64,000 nucleotides of DNA from the human T2T-CHM13v2.0 reference genome, Homo sapiens. Every line of letters begins with the position of its first letter. The stretch's first letter is position 1. Of this stretch, positions 59,290 to 64,000 are shown one piece after another. The notes under the pieces are model-generated. The model searched no databases. It had not been told where the DNA came from and saw only the letters and a list, made by a program, of their open reading frames with translations. Location: the NCBI RefSeq assembly GCF_009914755.1, contig NC_060931.1; one strand, written 5' to 3'. Made by a program: the position numbers and the translations under genes.

Positions 59290-59800
59290 CAGTGTGCCCA
59301 CCCGGCCCGGTGCCCGCATCCTGCCCTCCTAACCCCCGCTCCGCCTTCCATGCGCTCTCCTCATTACTCGTTCACAGCTGTGCTTGTGAAACCTGCCGGA
59401 AGAGTCGGAGAGCGATGTGGATTCTGAATTGGGTGAACCTCAGCAGCTTTCTTAACCCGGTTTCCAGGCCTCCAAATGGAGGCTGTGACTTGAGGTCAAG
59501 GTTGGTGGCAGGCGCGGTGAGGGGACGCGGGGATGCTTGGCCCGGACCCCTCTGGGTGCCGGGTGCCTTCTGCTCTGTGCTCTGCCCCCCAAGGTTCTGG
59601 AGGGCGGGGGTTGCAGGCTGGGGCGCTCCCCCTTCGCCCCGGCCCTCGGTGGGCGCCTCTGACCTGGGCCGTAGTTTCCAGGCCCGCGCGTCCCCGAGGC
59701 GGACGCCAGAGGGCGCGCGCCCCCCACTCCTGCCCGCGTCGGGGCCGCAGCCGCGCTCCGCCCTTTGCCTGCAGAGCGCTGGGGGTTTAAAGTCCTGAAC
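59290..59800. promoter_or_regulatory. Orphan CpG island with CTCF-like motif and GC boxes
   Basis: Dense CpG and very high GC at 59500-59780; ACGCCAGAGGGCGC at 59703-59716. Confidence 0.65.
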
Positions 59801-60296
59801 CCATGCACGGCTGTTCATTCTCAGAGGTCCCTTGGGTTGAAATCTGAAGGAATGGAGCAAAAGCGGCCTGCAGCAGCCCTTTTAAGTGATGTTAAAATCT
59901 TTTCATTACGTGCAGTAGCAATGAACCACGTGGGATTTGGCTGAGAGAGCGAAGGATTTTGTGATTTTGCCTTTGGAGTAAACGTGCCCATAAGCCCCTC
60001 TGCGCTCTTTGGAAACAAGAACCCAGACGCAGACCCTGGGCGCTGTACCCGTCTGTTGGCCGCGAATCCAGCAGCCCTCAGCTGTTAGGACCGTGCTGAG
60101 AAGTGGGTCCCCGAATGCCCTGGACCACGACTGTGGCGTCAGGCCGCTGCCCAGCTCCCTGCTGTGAGGCCAAGCCTCCCTCTCCCAGAGCCTGTGATCT
60201 CTCACAGTCTCCAGCGTCTCTCTCCTTGCACACCAGATCCACAAGTGCGAAGGAGGAGGAAGCAGCTGCCCACCAGTTACAGAAATAGCCACTGGG

Positions 60297-60737
<441 letters not shown>

Positions 60738-63119
60738 TTACGTTCGTGGGTTAAAATAGGGCTGTGGTAAATGAACCAGTGGAGCTGATGCAGACATTTG
60801 CAGCTGCGATGCAGCTAATATCTTATTGACACAGGATGGCCTGGAAATGAAGAACTTGCTGTGCCAATTTGCAGCGATTGTCTCATGACGATTCTCTACG
60901 CTGCGCAGCATGTCAGGCTTTGAGTGTTTAAATGGAGGGTAATGATTTTAGAAACATTTCTCCAACGCCTTTGATTATTAGTGAGTGGGCACATGTGTAT
61001 TGGGTTGGGGTTGAGAGAGGGCACAGCGGTGACTCCGGAGAGTGTCGGTGGAGGTCTTCCTGGCTGTTGTCAACACCCGGTAACACTGAGGTTCCCTGGC
61101 AGGAGGGGAGGAGGGGAGGAGAGAAGGAGGTCACAGGCTTAGGAACTGAAAGGTGAACAGAGTTTGGGATGCCGGCACACACCTGTTGGGAAGCTCTGCC
61201 ATCGGGTATGATGCCAGAGGATGGGTGGACGGTTCCGATGTGTCAGACATGTGGCCAGTCGTCCACACGGCTGAGGAAAGAGGCTGAGGAGGTGTGTTTT
61301 GCTATCTAACGTTGAGCCCTGGATCTTCCCAGGTTTAAGCTCCCTGGGCTGTACCCACCCCTAGCTAAGCGGGGTCTCCAGGTTGCACCTGAGGGACCCC
61401 AGCACAGAGGCTCAGGAAAGGATGTGAGTGGAGGGAGGGGGCCCCCACTGTGAGGCTCAGGTATGTCCACCTGGTGAGCCCCCTCCCCACCCCCATGGCA
61501 ACGCTAACTTCCCGTCACCGTGGCTGCCTTCATCCCGTGTTTTCTGATGTTGGCTCTGCACCAGAGTGTGCAAGCCTGGGGTACGGCAGCTGCGTCCTTG
61601 GCTGGACCTCTCCTGACGTGCTCCCCACTCCACATTGACTGGGGCTGGCTCCCCATCTCTATCTGTTGATCAGACACAAAGCTGACGGCCCGCTTTCCTG
61701 AGTGCCAAGACACCCAGCGTTGTGCCAGGCACTGTGGGGACAAGGAAGATTCGGCACATTGTCTACCTGGAGGATTTCATAATTTTAATGATCGAGGAAA
61801 TAGTTCACACAAAGGAAACTGTAAAAATTAATATGCAATCAAGGTGGAGGGCTCTGATCTATCTATAAATGGTGTAGAATTTCAGAGAAGAGAGGGAAAA
61901 GATGGTATTGGGTGGGGCTTTGAATATTGGGTAGAAGCTTTGGGTGGTTTAGCCTGGGGCTAATCCTGGCGTGGTTCTCAGTTTGCAGGACTGGGGGGAA
62001 ATGGTGGCGTGCCCCACTGGTGTGATGATGTAGAGGAATGACACTTGTGACTTCAGGCACTTTTCATCCAAAGAGAGAGCTGGAAAAAACACAGCTCCTC
62101 CCCCTCAGAGCATAGACAACATGTTTGCCTATAAATACACGTGCACATAAAGTCTGTTATCAAGAGCAGAGGATGGGATGACAGCGGCTGGGGGCTCCGA
62201 GGAGGTGGCCACCTCTTGGGACTGCAGGGCTCTCACTGGAGTGGTCGCTGCAGGTCAAAGGCCCAGTGTTCCAGATGCTTCCACGGATGCAGCCCAAGCG
62301 CACACCAATCGCACCTCCTCCTCCAGGCTGGCTCCCCCAAGGCCAGCATCTGCCCCAGACTTAGCTTATGACTCCACAAAGGCGATTTATAGCTGTGCAG
62401 CCTCAGGCTTAGTGCATTGACCCTCTGTAGATTACTGACGACAAAGTATTGGGCTGTGATACCAGGCAGATCTTTTTCACTTTGCCTCCACAGCAGTCTA
62501 AAATTGACCAGTAGATTTAACTGAAGTTCTTTTCAAAAGAGCATGTAATCTGTGTCGGTCGGGTTTTAAACACTGGGGCCAGGATATTGGGTGGGATATG
62601 TTCTTTTGACTTTCATGCCTTCTGCATGTCTTGGGCATGGAGCTCTGGCTCTGGAAACGTGTGCAGTGCTGCCCGCCTTGGGCCCTTCGCGATCTGAGAA
62701 ATGTGAGCGTGCTTTGTCCCCAACAGGCTCCACAGCCAGAGGCTTCGGCAGCAGGTGAAATCCACTGCTCCTTTTTAGCTGGGCATTTGGAGATCAGAGC
62801 CTGGGGAGTGAGCGTTGGCCTCGGGGGACACCTGAGATAGCCTTGCGAGGTCTGCTTTCCTGAAGATGATGAGAGGAAAGCAAAGCCCTTGATGGGAGGA
62901 TATTTAATTTAAGGCGACAAAAATTTGTCATATTCCATTTTTAAAGACATCGTGCCTAAGTAATAAGACTTCAAAGTTGAGTGAGTCAGACTTTACCCTT
63001 GGGGAGTGGTGGATGCTGTGATGTGTCACCCGGATTGTCCAGAATAAAGAGCTGGTCCCCCAGCAGACAGCTCTCAGCTGCTGGCTCCCTCTGGGATTGC
63101 CTGGGCTGCAGAGAGCCAA

Positions 63120-63179
63120 CCCTAACCCTAACCCTAACCCTAACCCTAACCCTAACCCTAACCCTAACCCTAACCCTAA
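63120..63179 (-). repeat. Interstitial telomeric sequence (TTAGGG)10
   Basis: Ten perfect CCCTAA copies on the + strand. Confidence 0.98.
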
Positions 63180-64000
63180 CCCCCACCCCTCGCCACCCCC
63201 ACTTCCTGAAGTCAGTGACTAGTTGAAGTGTGGGGAAAAGGGGCAGTAAGATCACCGCCTCCTGCTTCAACCTGGACAATTCTAAAATGCTGTCTCTGCC
63301 TCCATGCCTGCCTCGCAGCATCGGCTGAGGTCTCCATTCAGACTGCGTCACAGCCACAGGCAACTTCTCCCTTGGCCCAGTGGGGCCCCTTTCCCTTCTC
63401 TTCCTTTCCCCTTCCCTTCCTGCAAATCCCAAGAGCAGCCCCCAGTATACCCCCTGTAAGCTCATCTCCACTCAGAGTTGGCTTCCTGGAACCTTTCTGA
63501 CATAGGAGCTCACAGTTTTGCAAAGGAGGCAGATGCAGCCAGGTGATGGCGGCACAGCCAGCAGCCCAGAGGTGTGCACACCTGGAGCATGGGAGAATCC
63601 AGAGGGGCTTCCATGGGCATCGGAGCCTCCACTCTGGGGTCACATTAATGCTGAAGCTTTAAGGACCTCTGAGGATGTAGGAGTTTCCCAGATGGCCTTG
63701 TACAGAGAGGCAAAGACACAGACGGGTGGGGCTAGAGGAAGCTGAGCGCTGTAGCCAGAGAGTGGGGATGGTGGTGAGGGAAGGTGGAGAGATGAGCAGG
63801 AGGTGGAGTTTGGGGACAGGTTGTCAAGAGCCTGAGTGCAGCTCAGGAGTGGCAATTTTGCTCTGTAGCCGGGGGTGGGGGGCAGCTGGGAGTAGGAAGG
63901 AATTCAAGCATAGAGCATGATGAGCATCTTAAGTAAGAAAGACCATTCAGATCACGCAGTTCACAGCCTGGGGGATGGGAAGCAAGGTCTCCACTGATGG

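Noticed and set aside
62981-63471. ORFs with (TL)n and (VR)n dipeptide runs
   Set aside because: Translation of the telomeric hexamer; no gene structure.

Overview
Primate, almost certainly human, genomic DNA. The only protein-coding gene supported is the 3' end of ACTR3B (actin-related protein 3B, Arp2/3 complex; by recall at 7q36.1) on the + strand. It has three coding exons (17368-17493, 18736-18819, 19700-19795) and a ~0.8 kb 3'UTR with tandem poly(A) signals. Positions 1-17367 are the tail of a long intron and the ~43 kb after the gene are intergenic. The window is rich in interspersed repeats: ~26 Alus, nested and inverted L1PA fragments, MaLR/MLT LTRs, a solo HERV-H LTR7 with intact TSD, and Tigger/MER/MADE1 DNA transposons. 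It also holds at least eight GC-rich minisatellites, an orphan CpG island with a strong CTCF-like motif, and a perfect interstitial telomeric (CCCTAA)10 array. I see no evidence for a new multi-gene system. The best hypotheses are two intronic VNTRs built from splice-site-like units upstream of an in-frame skippable exon pair, the interstitial telomere, an L1 inverted pair, and the LTR7. Repeat subfamily calls come from recognition of consensus sequences by eye, and repeat boundaries are approximate.
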